In this document: positions 38,649 through 47,640 of the stretch, piece after piece | Numbering within the stretch: position 1 is the stretch's first letter | Layout: each line of letters opens with the position of its first letter | Virus record (IMG/VR): IMGVR_UViG_3300022752_000068 | Location: 1 to 63,839 of that record | Source: a virus | Taxonomy: Duplodnaviria > Caudoviricetes | Direction: 5' to 3' (one strand) | DNA length: 63,839 nucleotides | The notes under the pieces: model-generated | Databases searched by the model: none | What the model saw: the letters and a program-made list of their open reading frames with translations, nothing else | Told to the model about the DNA's origin: nothing | Program-made: the position numbers and the translations under genes

Positions 38649-41137
38649 TGTTTATTCCTCATCATTTCCATTCCCAACCGTGTTCCTTCTAACTGTTCAC
38701 GGGATGCTAGGTTGTCGTTGTCCCTTTGCACTTGTACACCCATCCTCATGCCTTCTATCTCCTCATGGGATTGAATCCTCTCCATGTCCGTCTGCTGTTT
38801 TGCTTGAACACTTGCCATGGCCGCACGTTCTTGTGATGCTATGCGCTCTTTTTCAATTGCCTGCTGCTGCTGTTTAAGTTGGATATCGGCTTGGTCTTTC
38901 TGCGCTTTACGCTGGATTTCCTGCGCCTTCATCTGCAACTCTTGCTGCTGCATCTGCAATATCGGGTCTTGCGCTTGCTGCTGGGCTTGCTGTTGTTGTG
39001 CATTGGCTTGGTTCTTCTGTAGCAACTGTTGTGCCGCTTGTGCAACCATCCGTGACAATGCCGCTTCGTATTCCTCCGGCAATGGCTCTTCCATATCATG
39101 AGGCGGTAACGCTGCGCCTACTTGTTGCTCAATCAGGTTCCTGTACTGGAACGCATAATGCTCGGCTATATGCGCTTGCAATGCCGCTATCATCTGTTGT
39201 GCCATGGGATTTTGACCAATCATTTGCATCGTCATGGGATCTTGCATAAATGCCATGTGCGCCGCTATATGCGCTTCTTGGTCTTGGTATGCAAAAGCCT
39301 TCAATGGCTTCATCCGCAACACATCCATGTTTTCCGTTATCGGGTCTTTTGGCTTGTTATCTTCCTCTAGCTTCACTAGCTTTGATGCGTTTTTAATACC
39401 CAATACTTCCAACATTTGACGATGCAATTGTGACAAATCGTATAGCTGAGGTGCTGTCTGCGATAACTGTATAACCGCTTGATATTGCACAATTTTCTGA
39501 CTCATTGTGGCGGCGTTTGGGTCGCTCACTGGAATAATGTCAACACGGTCGTAATCGGATTTCTTGGCTTTCTTTGAACCATCTTCGGGTTCGTAGTCGT
39601 AATCCTCTGGGGTGTAGTCCCTGATGATAGCCTTGAGCAATTTGAACTCTTGCTTCATGCTATTGTGGATACGTGCCTGTACTGCGCTCATGATTTTGAG
39701 TGTGCGCTCTAATATGGCTAACGTTGTACCCACTGGGGCTTGAGCAGACATATCGGCAATCTTCAAATCTGCCGCTGATGCAAACCTGCGCCCTTCCTCA
39801 ATAATCTTATCCATCAGAACCATTAGCACTTGGCTTGGTTCTTTATAGGGCAAGGTCATGATGTTGTCTTTGATTGTGCCGCTTGGTACATCAACATCCC
39901 TAAATTCAGCAGGTGCGATAGGAGTATCATCACCCTTTACCCTTAGCCCTTTTGTCTTAAACCCACCAGGCAGATTGGATAACGTTCCTGCATCAACTAA
40001 TTGACGTATGATGGATGTTCCTGACTTTGCGTATGCGCCTATCAAGTGAATCAAGCCAAAGTAGTAAAACCCAAATCCCGATGGCACATATCCATAATGG
40101 ACAAAATGTTGGCGTTTAAGTTTTAACTCATCATCCTCATACCAATTTCTTCGAATAGACAATACTGTTGCCGTTTGTTTTTCAATAGTCACAATGTATG
40201 GCAAAGCAATGCCTGTCATGTTGCCGTCTTTATCTTTATCCTCATACCCTTCTAGGTCTAGGTAAACGTGCATTTCAAGTATCTTGTATCTGCCGTCTAT
40301 CTCTGCACTGAACCCCATCTTGTCCGCTATCTTCTTTTCCACTTCGTCAAAAGTATCTGATGGCTCCGATAACTCAATGTCCCTGTAAAACTTGCTTACC
40401 TGTAACTTGCGCAATTCATTGGGTGTTTTCCGCATGATGTGCGTCATTCTGTCCGCCGTCTCTAAACTTGCTGCACCATACGGCACAACAATATCTTCCG
40501 CAGGAACAAACGATGCCACAGGCCTACCCAACGTAGGGTCGTAATGCACTTTCTTAAAAGCATTACCAGCTAAACCCAAACCCCATAGCAAACGCTCATG
40601 CTCTGCACGGTACTCTGGCATGGTCTCAGTCAACTTATAGTTCATGTCTTGGTGAACTCGGTCTGCCGCTGACTTGGTTTCAGAATCCTCTTTGCCAATA
40701 ATCTTGGTTTTCACTGGACCTTGCGCAGGAAAAGTTTCCATAATCGCTTCAGATTGGAACTTCACCAACGCCTCAGCCAGCAAAGGATGGTACACCCCAC
40801 ACGCGCCAGACCAAGGCTCTGACCTCTCCTCCAGTTTCATGCCAAGCAACTGAATACCATCTACATAAGTGTTAATCCACTCTTTCCTTGCCTCAACATC
40901 TGAATCAAATTCGCTCATCAAATCAGATGCCAAACCCTCAAGTACGCTTTCGTCAATGTACTCAGCCAAGTTTGCATTAAAGGTTTCCGCAGTTTTAGGC
41001 TCAGGCATAAGCACAATCTCGACAGGCCCAATCCGTATGTCAACGCTTTCTGGGTCAACTACCTCAATCTCAATCGGCTCATCTATCTGTGGTTCTGGCA
41101 TTAAACCCATAATGCCTGCCGTGTTTTCCATTGTCAT
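38645..41137 (-). CDS. Portal protein
   Basis: c.830 aa after TerL; HPLLAEA..KFQ, GNAFKKV, RQLVDAGTLSNLP; Q-rich barrel C-terminus. Confidence 0.9.
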   Translation of the reverse strand: MTMENTAGIMGLMPEPQIDEPIEIEVVDPESVDIRIGPVEIVLMPEPKTAETFNANLAEYIDESVLEGLASDLMSEFDSDVEARKEWINTYVDGIQLLGMKLEERSEPWSGACGVYHPLLAEALVKFQSEAIMETFPAQGPVKTKIIGKEDSETKSAADRVHQDMNYKLTETMPEYRAEHERLLWGLGLAGNAFKKVHYDPTLGRPVASFVPAEDIVVPYGAASLETADRMTHIMRKTPNELRKLQVSKFYRDIELSEPSDTFDEVEKKIADKMGFSAEIDGRYKILEMHVYLDLEGYEDKDKDGNMTGIALPYIVTIEKQTATVLSIRRNWYEDDELKLKRQHFVHYGYVPSGFGFYYFGLIHLIGAYAKSGTSIIRQLVDAGTLSNLPGGFKTKGLRVKGDDTPIAPAEFRDVDVPSGTIKDNIMTLPYKEPSQVLMVLMDKIIEEGRRFASAADLKIADMSAQAPVGTTLAILERTLKIMSAVQARIHNSMKQEFKLLKAIIRDYTPEDYDYEPEDGSKKAKKSDYDRVDIIPVSDPNAATMSQKIVQYQAVIQLSQTAPQLYDLSQLHRQMLEVLGIKNASKLVKLEEDNKPKDPITENMDVLRMKPLKAFAYQDQEAHIAAHMAFMQDPMTMQMIGQNPMAQQMIAALQAHIAEHYAFQYRNLIEQQVGAALPPHDMEEPLPEEYEAALSRMVAQAAQQLLQKNQANAQQQQAQQQAQDPILQMQQQELQMKAQEIQRKAQKDQADIQLKQQQQAIEKERIASQERAAMASVQAKQQTDMERIQSHEEIEGMRMGVQVQRDNDNLASREQLEGTRLGMEMMRNKQ

Positions 41138-41148
41138 TTTCTGTTCCT

Positions 41149-43056
41149 TTAGTAATACGGTTTGCGGTGCGCCTGCACCCAACTATGACTCTCTTCTTCA
41201 TCCAAATTGGTAGTAATATACCCGCCTTTTCTAAATCTGGCTAAGGCCATTGATACAGTATCGCAATTATGAACTAACAATTTGTTTGCGTAATACGTGT
41301 GAGATGTGTCAACTGTTAGGTTGTAAACGTGCTTTTGCTTAACAGAACGCATCCCTATAATTTCTTCTCTGCTTCCGTCTTGTTTGTGAATTTTTTGCCC
41401 CGCCTTCAATAAAACAAACGGTATCCAATTGCCATCACAAAATATTGGGTGATTGGCCGTTCCAACTAATTGTGTGCTTTCTGTTGTTAGCTCAATGACT
41501 GTTTTGTATCCTGTCAATCCTGCTGCCGTTACTTTGCAAGCACCATCAGGCGTATGAACCATGTCACCTATTTGAATTTGCTCTATTGGTTTTTCCGTCA
41601 TGTCTGCCATGGTTATCATGGTTCCTGCGATAAAACAGTAATCATCGTGGTCACCAGATGGAAAACTCGCTACTTCTTCTATTACTTCTTCCGCCCAATG
41701 CTTATTAGGTGCCCATACTCTACCCGATGCAAATATGTCACTCACTGCATTAAGTCGTGATATCTTGTCATTTCCTCTTACTGGCGTGAACTCCGATACT
41801 GGTACACCCATAGACCTAAGCTCATATATCAAAGGTGCTCCCGATGCCTTCTTCTCAATAATCGTTGCATCAGGTTCCCATTCCTTATGCAACTTCAATA
41901 CTAACTTCTTCAACTCAGGGAACTCAACCCTATCCCTCACGGCATTTAAGAGAATGATATTGGGCTGCATTACCCCATTATCATCTTCCTTATAGAACAC
42001 ACCCCATATCGTACAAGCCGAATAGTCTGCCCTGTTGTTTTTCTCAAAAGCCGTATCCCATGCCATAAGGGTAAACTCACAATGCGGCGGATGCTCACTG
42101 TCCCATATCTTCCACGATTCCCTCTTAATCAATGCCGCACTGTCTGACGTAGGTTCCTGCTGATACTGAGCCTGCCATTTGGCATTTGGTAACTCATTCC
42201 TAAGTGCAGTCAATTCCTCCAATGACCAGAACTCAGGCCATAAAGGTTTTCCCGATGGCATAATCGCAGGCAACTGAACTACCTCCCATTCCTCACCGTC
42301 CCTCTGCACGGAATCCTTCAGTACCCTACCAATTAAATCCCGTTTAGACCAGCGAGTTTGAATGATGACTATTGCCCCGCCAGGTTGTAGACGTTGCCGT
42401 GGTCCAGATGTATACCATTCATACACCGAATCAAATACCGCAGGATTGTGCTCCGCCTGCTTTGCTTCCTGTTCCGTATGCGGGTCATCAATAATCATAA
42501 TGTCCGCACCCTTACCAGTCATCGTTCCACCAACCCCAACGGCAAAGTATTCCCCATCTTTGTTGGTGTTCCATCTTCCAGCCGCTTTTGAATCCTTCCT
42601 CAACCCAACGTCAGGGAAAACTTCTCCATATTGTTCACCATCCAATAAGTTCCGTACATTTCTACCAAACCCAACCGCCAACTCGGCCGTGTTGGATGCT
42701 TGCATTATCTTTTTCTCAGGAAACTTCCCAAGAAACCACGCAGGAAATAAGTACGAGGCAAACAAACTCTTTGTATGACGAGGCGGTATCGATATGGTCA
42801 CCCTCTTCAACTCACCACTGGCAACCCTGTTAAACACATCAGCCAATATCTTATGATGCCGGCCATAAATAAATCCTGGCCACATCATCTTCACAAACTC
42901 TAAAAAATCCCCCCTAGCTAACTCAGCCTGCTTATTCCTCCGATACTGCCGGACTAATTCAGCCATCTCAGCCATCTTGCTAGCAGGTAACCCACGAACA
43001 AACTTGGCCAAAGACTCCTCATCTAACCCAGACAGTAACTCAACTAACTCACTCAT
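41149..43056 (-). CDS. terL: Terminase large subunit containing a mini-intein
   Basis: PPRHTKS Walker A, IIDDP Walker B, QTRW, QYQQ.P, DYSA, IEKKASG, FP.G.HDD. Confidence 0.95.
   Translation of the reverse strand: MSELVELLSGLDEESLAKFVRGLPASKMAEMAELVRQYRRNKQAELARGDFLEFVKMMWPGFIYGRHHKILADVFNRVASGELKRVTISIPPRHTKSLFASYLFPAWFLGKFPEKKIMQASNTAELAVGFGRNVRNLLDGEQYGEVFPDVGLRKDSKAAGRWNTNKDGEYFAVGVGGTMTGKGADIMIIDDPHTEQEAKQAEHNPAVFDSVYEWYTSGPRQRLQPGGAIVIIQTRWSKRDLIGRVLKDSVQRDGEEWEVVQLPAIMPSGKPLWPEFWSLEELTALRNELPNAKWQAQYQQEPTSDSAALIKRESWKIWDSEHPPHCEFTLMAWDTAFEKNNRADYSACTIWGVFYKEDDNGVMQPNIILLNAVRDRVEFPELKKLVLKLHKEWEPDATIIEKKASGAPLIYELRSMGVPVSEFTPVRGNDKISRLNAVSDIFASGRVWAPNKHWAEEVIEEVASFPSGDHDDYCFIAGTMITMADMTEKPIEQIQIGDMVHTPDGACKVTAAGLTGYKTVIELTTESTQLVGTANHPIFCDGNWIPFVLLKAGQKIHKQDGSREEIIGMRSVKQKHVYNLTVDTSHTYYANKLLVHNCDTVSMALARFRKGGYITTNLDEEESHSWVQAHRKPYY
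41266..41637 (-). other. 124-aa mini-intein (Hint domain) in TerL
   Basis: Starts CFIAGT, block B TANHPI, ends VYNLTV...YYANKLLVHN followed by +1 Cys. Confidence 0.92.
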
Positions 43057-43486
43057 ACAACCCAGTCAAATCAGGCTTTTGATAATCCTTACCCTTCACT
43101 ATCTTCCCATTAGCATCAAACACAGGCTTGCCATCCACAAACTTACTAAAGTTGGACTCATTCACCCTCTCCAATGCCGTAGGTAAATCCATAGTCTTCA
43201 TATACGCTAACCCACTTGCCGTAACAACCTGATCTGCCAAAGCATCCAAAAACTCTTTCCTGTCCTTAACTTCAACCTCAATATACATACGCTTAAATGA
43301 CAAAGCCATGTAATTTATCCCATTTACCCACGTACTAATACGCAATTTATCCCTGTCTGTCTTGCCCTTCAAACTATCTAACATCTCAGCTAGCTCCTCT
43401 AAATGACATCCCAACTGAACATGAAAATTCCTATCATCAGGATTCGGAACCGCCTTTTGAAACCACTCCACCACTTTCTGTAACAT
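43049..43486 (-). CDS. MazG-like NTP pyrophosphohydrolase
   Basis: HLEELAE...EFLDALAD...VNESNFSK...GKIVKG..Y..PDL. Confidence 0.8.
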   Translation of the reverse strand: MLQKVVEWFQKAVPNPDDRNFHVQLGCHLEELAEMLDSLKGKTDRDKLRISTWVNGINYMALSFKRMYIEVEVKDRKEFLDALADQVVTASGLAYMKTMDLPTALERVNESNFSKFVDGKPVFDANGKIVKGKDYQKPDLTGLYE

Positions 43487-43745
43487 CCTTCTTACTCCTC
43501 TTAGGTCTAACCTCTTTAGGCACATACCCCTTCGGCATTATGCTCCGATGAGTACCACCCTCCAACTTCACACAAAATCCCTTCCTCACCAACACCGCTA
43601 TCTTCCTTACAACATTCTCCCTACCCTTCTCCCCCAACACCGCCATCACATCACTAATCGTCGGCCCATACCCAAACTGCTTCCACCACTCACATATAAC
43701 AACATACGTCGCCCTCTGCGCCGGAGTCATATACTTAACCTTCAC
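43437..43745 (-). CDS. LexA-like N-terminal DNA-binding domain protein (no peptidase domain)
   Basis: MTPAQ...I.EWW...GYGPT..DV...LG......V...I..L..KG. Confidence 0.7.
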   Translation of the reverse strand: MKVKYMTPAQRATYVVICEWWKQFGYGPTISDVMAVLGEKGRENVVRKIAVLVRKGFCVKLEGGTHRSIMPKGYVPKEVRPKRSKKDVTESGGVVSKGGSES

Positions 43746-43945
43746 CTTTCACATACCCCAAAAATATATACCCACACCCCAAAACACAAGGGGGCATATC
43801 TGCCAAATGATAAAACCACAACCCCTATCAAAAATCACAACCCACCCCCCTTCACTTATCTTGCCAATTTTTTAGGCACTGGTCTCGAAAAACACGGGTT
43901 TATACAACCCATCATCCCAAAACCACTATGAATAACACCACAAAA

Positions 43946-44659
43946 CTATGAATTTTTACTCACAATGTCCCGTGTTGACAAACGATTCTTCAACGCATTT
44001 ATCACTTTTGCTCGGTTTTCTGCATGGTCAATACGCATCAAGGGCGAGTTGACGATAGGGGTATCAAAATCAAATTGTTTGAGCGGGGTAGATTGTTCGA
44101 GTGGGGTAGCTTCGAGCGGAGTAGATTGTTTGAGTGGGGTAGCATGTATATGTGTGCCATGCGCATCGCCCGAAACGCCCTCCTGCCCACCCGTACTCTC
44201 GCCATCCTGCCCATTCTCGACCGCACCCCCCTCAACGTCATCTAAGTGTTTGATTTCCTTTGGCTTTATGTCAGTGGCTGTTAGCTTCTGCGCTGCTCTG
44301 AGTTCTTCGAGTAGAGTCTCGGCCGCTGATGTGCTATCATGTTGTACTGCGAGTGGATCCGCTGTCTTTGAGCCAAAAGCCTGCACCTCTCGCAGTTCGC
44401 CGAGGAGTTGGAGTGCTTTTAGACGGTCTGCATCCTTGCTTTTCTTAGATGTGGCTATCAGCGTAAGTTGTTGAATTACAAGGGCTTTTATGGCCGTTGG
44501 GGTGATGCTAGAGGCGGCTGCGTGAGCGTTCTGGAGAGTACGTCTGATGTGTAGCGTAAGATTATCCCTAGTCTTGCTGCATGCTCTTACCAAATTCTTC
44601 CCCGATTTATCGGGTATTTTGGTGTTTTGGAGCTTTTCTTTAATTGGGACGTCTGTCAT
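43946..44659 (-). CDS. Putative terminase small subunit
   Basis: DRLKALQLLG motif; first gene of the packaging operon. Confidence 0.5.
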   Translation of the reverse strand: MTDVPIKEKLQNTKIPDKSGKNLVRACSKTRDNLTLHIRRTLQNAHAAASSITPTAIKALVIQQLTLIATSKKSKDADRLKALQLLGELREVQAFGSKTADPLAVQHDSTSAAETLLEELRAAQKLTATDIKPKEIKHLDDVEGGAVENGQDGESTGGQEGVSGDAHGTHIHATPLKQSTPLEATPLEQSTPLKQFDFDTPIVNSPLMRIDHAENRAKVINALKNRLSTRDIVSKNS

Positions 44660-44691
44660 ATCTTTTGAGTCTGTTTGTGGACTGTGCTCAG

Positions 44692-44718
44692 ATTATACCC
44701 TATCGGTTGTTATGTCAA
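44692..44718 (-). promoter_or_regulatory. Leftward promoter candidate for the packaging/late operon
   Basis: TTGACA-N15-TATAAT; perfect hexamers, short spacer. Confidence 0.45.
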
Positions 44719-44859
44719 GGGCGTGATTAGTCTAGTTTGATTAGTCTACTTAGTCTCTTATGTATTCGCTGGTTGTGTTCTATTGTGCTTATGTGGTTTT
44801 GACTGATTGGACTGTCTTGCCATGGCTTGATGTCCCGCTTGTTGCCTGCCCACTCGATA

Positions 44860-44948
44860 CCGACCCGACCGCCTGCACCACCACACCACACCGACCGCAG
44901 CCCGACCACCTGCACCCGACCGATGCACCACATGGACGCAGCCCGACC
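44860..44948 (+). repeat. Cluster of CCGACC / TGCACC short repeats
   Basis: CCGACC at 44860, 44865, 44891, 44902, 44916, 44943. Confidence 0.7.
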
Positions 44949-44950
44949 GA

Positions 44951-44963
44951 GTAACTTTGTTAC
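44951..44963. promoter_or_regulatory. Palindromic site GTAAC-N3-GTTAC
   Basis: GTAACTTTGTTAC, 30 bp upstream of a TTGACA. Confidence 0.7.
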
Positions 44964-44992
44964 AATTCCCTACCGTTTTGTAGGGTTGTTAT

Positions 44993-45020
44993 TTGACAGT
45001 AAATTTTTTTTTAGTAAAAT
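44993..45020 (+). promoter_or_regulatory. Sigma70-like early promoter
   Basis: TTGACA-N16-TAAAAT. Confidence 0.6.
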
Positions 45021-45049
45021 GGGCGAATTGCAACACACCGGAGATTCTT

Positions 45050-45319
45050 ATGTATTTTAACGTTCTGATTCGTCACCTGGATGGGGAAGTCAATCCCCGC
45101 TGGGTGACGGAAGTCGTGGCCTGCGTGCAAGGCCGCGAAATGGCCGAGCAAGTGGCCGCCGAGTTGGTGGCCCAAGGCCACAAGGCCAGCGTGAAAGAGC
45201 GCAAGCTCACACCGGCCGAGCAGAAGAAGGCCGACCTAATGGCCTCTTTTGGCAAGGCCTACATCCCCGCTGATGTAGTGTCGCCCACCAAGTGGGCAAG
45301 TGGGAGGGTTTCCCTATGA
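45050..45319 (+). CDS. Hypothetical early protein
   Basis: GGAG RBS then ATG 45050. Confidence 0.55.
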   Translation: MYFNVLIRHLDGEVNPRWVTEVVACVQGREMAEQVAAELVAQGHKASVKERKLTPAEQKKADLMASFGKAYIPADVVSPTKWASGRVSL

Positions 45320-45870
45320 GCCTAGAAGAGAAGTTTTTAAATGCCATCTTCGGGGAAGAGAGCCCCGAGGTGTTGGCCGCCCGCGCCGAGAAAGACGCGG
45401 AGCACGACCGTTGGCAAGTGCGCCGAGTCTTGGGCCACTGCAAAGGCCCACACTTGCCCACACACCGAGGCGAGCAGGGTGAGCCGTTATTCTGGGCGCG
45501 CCCTACGGATTTCTATGGGCTAGCTGGAGCCTATTTTTTCGCTGACGGCACCCGATATTTTGGGACTGTGGCCGATCACGCCAGCAGTATCGAGCTGCGT
45601 GAGCCATCCGACCCAGTGCATGGCGCATGGCTTGTACAGTGGCGCGGCCCTTATGGTGACCGTCTCGGTCCACATTCCGAGGTCCCGATGAGCCTGGAAG
45701 AGGCTGAGGAAGTGGCCGAGTTCTCACGCCTGGAGGCTGCACTAGCCGAAGAAGAAGCACGGATTGAAGCAGCCCGAGCTGCGAAAGCTGCACGCAAGGC
45801 AGAAAAGGCCGCACCCATTCAGGCCGAGCCTGTATCACCCTGGGCAGCACTGGCAGCCCTTAAAATTTAA
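45316..45870 (+). CDS. Hypothetical early protein
   Basis: GGGAGG RBS, ATGA overlap, ends SPWAALAALKI. Confidence 0.55.
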   Translation: MSLEEKFLNAIFGEESPEVLAARAEKDAEHDRWQVRRVLGHCKGPHLPTHRGEQGEPLFWARPTDFYGLAGAYFFADGTRYFGTVADHASSIELREPSDPVHGAWLVQWRGPYGDRLGPHSEVPMSLEEAEEVAEFSRLEAALAEEEARIEAARAAKAARKAEKAAPIQAEPVSPWAALAALKI

Positions 45871-45884
45871 CTGAAAGGAAAACC

Positions 45885-46229
45885 ATGACTGAATTTATCA
45901 ATTTAACCCCCCACGCCCTGACTATCGAGGGTGTGGGAACCCTACCACCATCGGGCACACTCGCCCGCGTGGGCACGCTGCGTACCGCCTGCGGTGCGCT
46001 AGGAGGGGCACGGATTGTGTCCCAAAACTTTGGGGCAGTGGAAGGCATACCCGCCCCCAGAGATGGGGTTACGTACATTGTGTCGGGCATGGTGCTGGAC
46101 GCGCTCAAGCGCGAGGCCGGCCCCGCTGGGTCGTCACGCGCTGGGCGTGATGTGTACGCGCCAGACACTGGGCCCGATGCCATTCGTGAGAATGGCCAGA
46201 TCGTGGCCGTTCGTGGCCTAGTTTTTTAA
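45885..46229 (+). CDS. Crn4-like putative ring nuclease / anti-defence protein
   Basis: NLTPH, PPSG..AR, P.P.DG..YIVS, D...PD, IRENGQI motifs; family recalled from memory, not searched. Confidence 0.55.
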   Translation: MTEFINLTPHALTIEGVGTLPPSGTLARVGTLRTACGALGGARIVSQNFGAVEGIPAPRDGVTYIVSGMVLDALKREAGPAGSSRAGRDVYAPDTGPDAIRENGQIVAVRGLVF

Positions 46230-46231
46230 GC

Positions 46232-46273
46232 AACCCGCCCCGATTGGGGCATTAAATGGAGAAAAAGATGAAA
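46232..46273 (+). repeat. Intergenic hairpin-RBS-start repeat, copy 1
   Basis: 40 of 42 bp identical to 47641-47682. Confidence 0.85.
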
Positions 46274-46444
46274 GAATCTAAAATTGATTTTATCCTTGGG
46301 CTCATCGCCCTAATACTGGCCATTCTTTTTTTAGTGGCTTTTGCCCATGATTGGTTAATGGGCTGTGGCGAGCCGTACTATACCGCTCAAGGGCTGCAAG
46401 AGCCCGACAACAGCGGCTGCATTTTCTACGGAGCTGGAAAATGA
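46268..46444 (+). CDS. Small membrane protein
   Basis: One TM helix then GCGE...CIF. Confidence 0.55.
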   Translation: MKESKIDFILGLIALILAILFLVAFAHDWLMGCGEPYYTAQGLQEPDNSGCIFYGAGK

Positions 46445-46968
46445 CCCCACACCAGATATCCCAGGCCCGCGCCGAGCTGGCCCATGCGCTGGCAAAAGGC
46501 GATTATCCGAGTGTGATAGAGATGGCGAAACGTGAACTATCGGACCGTTTGAAAACTGGCAAAGTAATGGCCAAACCTCAAGATGTAAAAGACTTTTTCC
46601 GCCTGCACCTAGCCACCGACTTCACCGACGGCAGATCATCCGTCACGCTCATGACTTTAGACCGTGACTATAAGATAATTCCTTTCTGGCAGGAGAACAC
46701 AACCCATAAGGTTATTTTTAAAGGTACGGTGAATTCTGTGCCGCTACATGTCCGAGAAATTGCCAAGGAAATCCTAGAGCAAAACGCAAGCCACGCAATT
46801 TTGTGTATCACGCAGCCCGACCGTGATGACCCAGAGCTAAACCAATATCTGCAAAGGGAAATCGAGACACTCAAGAAAGCTGCCCAGCTGATAGGCTTTA
46901 CCATGCTTGATATTCTCGTGATAGCAAAACAGCGAATCATGTCGCTCGCCGAAGATAATCGCCTGTAA
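46441..46968 (+). CDS. RadC/JAB-fold protein with degenerate metal-binding motif
   Basis: P.DV.DF.RL.L, F.GTVN...H.REI.K..L..NA...IL, LK.A..LIG...LD..VI......SLAE; HNHPSG is absent. Confidence 0.75.
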   Translation: MTPHQISQARAELAHALAKGDYPSVIEMAKRELSDRLKTGKVMAKPQDVKDFFRLHLATDFTDGRSSVTLMTLDRDYKIIPFWQENTTHKVIFKGTVNSVPLHVREIAKEILEQNASHAILCITQPDRDDPELNQYLQREIETLKKAAQLIGFTMLDILVIAKQRIMSLAEDNRL

Positions 46969-46977
46969 CAATGTTAC
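46965..46977. promoter_or_regulatory. Palindromic site GTAAC-N3-GTTAC
   Basis: GTAACAATGTTAC overlapping the radC-like stop codon. Confidence 0.7.
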
Positions 46978-46981
46978 CAAG

Positions 46982-47006
46982 ACCCCACTAACTGTGGGGT
47001 TTTTTT
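46982..47006 (+). terminator. Intrinsic terminator
   Basis: ACCCCAC-TAACT-GTGGGGT followed by a T run. Confidence 0.75.
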
Positions 47007-47058
47007 ACAAACATTGTTTTTTAATATACAATAAAATCTTTGCAACAAAGGGGAAATT

Positions 47059-47262
47059 ATGAAATTTGAATTGTTTTTTAACTGCGATACCGAAGCATTT
47101 GACGGATGGGACGAGCACAACGCAGAGACGGCAAAACCCGAAATTGTCCGTATTCTTAGGAATGTGGCCGACCGAATCGAATCGGGTGACACTGCCAACG
47201 CGTACCGCAATGTGATTGACTTCAACGGCAAAATCATTGGCCGATTCAAGCTGCACGAGTAA
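47059..47262 (+). CDS. Hypothetical early protein
   Basis: EIVRILRNVADRI...IDFNG..IG. Confidence 0.6.
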   Translation: MKFELFFNCDTEAFDGWDEHNAETAKPEIVRILRNVADRIESGDTANAYRNVIDFNGKIIGRFKLHE

Positions 47263-47264
47263 TA

Positions 47265-47284
47265 AACCCGCCCCGCAAGGGGCA
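47265..47284 (+). repeat. Intergenic hairpin repeat, partial copy
   Basis: AACCCGCCCCGCAAGGGGCA then TGGAG RBS. Confidence 0.75.
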
Positions 47285-47298
47285 AACTGGAGATTGAG

Positions 47299-47637
47299 AT
47301 GGAGCAAATCGCTTACCACGGAATGTTGATCAACGCCTTGCGCGAAGCCGCTGACAAACTGGAGTTTGGGGCTGATGCTTCAAATTATTCCGCAGCTGCC
47401 GAGATGGTTGATAAAGAAACTATAACCATGGCGGATGCCATAGCCGCAGGCCAATCCGTTTTGATAAACGAACAAGCTGCGCTACTGCGAGAATGTCGCG
47501 CCGCTTTGCATAGTCTACTGACTCAAAAGCCGATGCTAGGAGCATTTGAGTATGGCACTAGCACCCTTGGCAATCTGCAGGCATCTTTGCACGAGTACCG
47601 ACCTGGTGCAATATTTGGCGGCACAGCGCAAGAGTAA
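47299..47637 (+). CDS. Hypothetical early protein
   Basis: 112-aa ORF with RBS. Confidence 0.55.
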   Translation: MEQIAYHGMLINALREAADKLEFGADASNYSAAAEMVDKETITMADAIAAGQSVLINEQAALLRECRAALHSLLTQKPMLGAFEYGTSTLGNLQASLHEYRPGAIFGGTAQE

Positions 47638-47640
47638 AGA

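Noticed and set aside
3511-43186. Numerous plus-strand ORFs such as 9094-10047
   Set aside because: Antisense shadows of the structural operon, without RBSs or recognisable motifs
44073-44142. 15-18 bp tandem repeats in the putative terS (TPLKQS/TPLEA)
   Set aside because: Short in-frame coding minisatellite in a disordered tail; no spacers, not CRISPR
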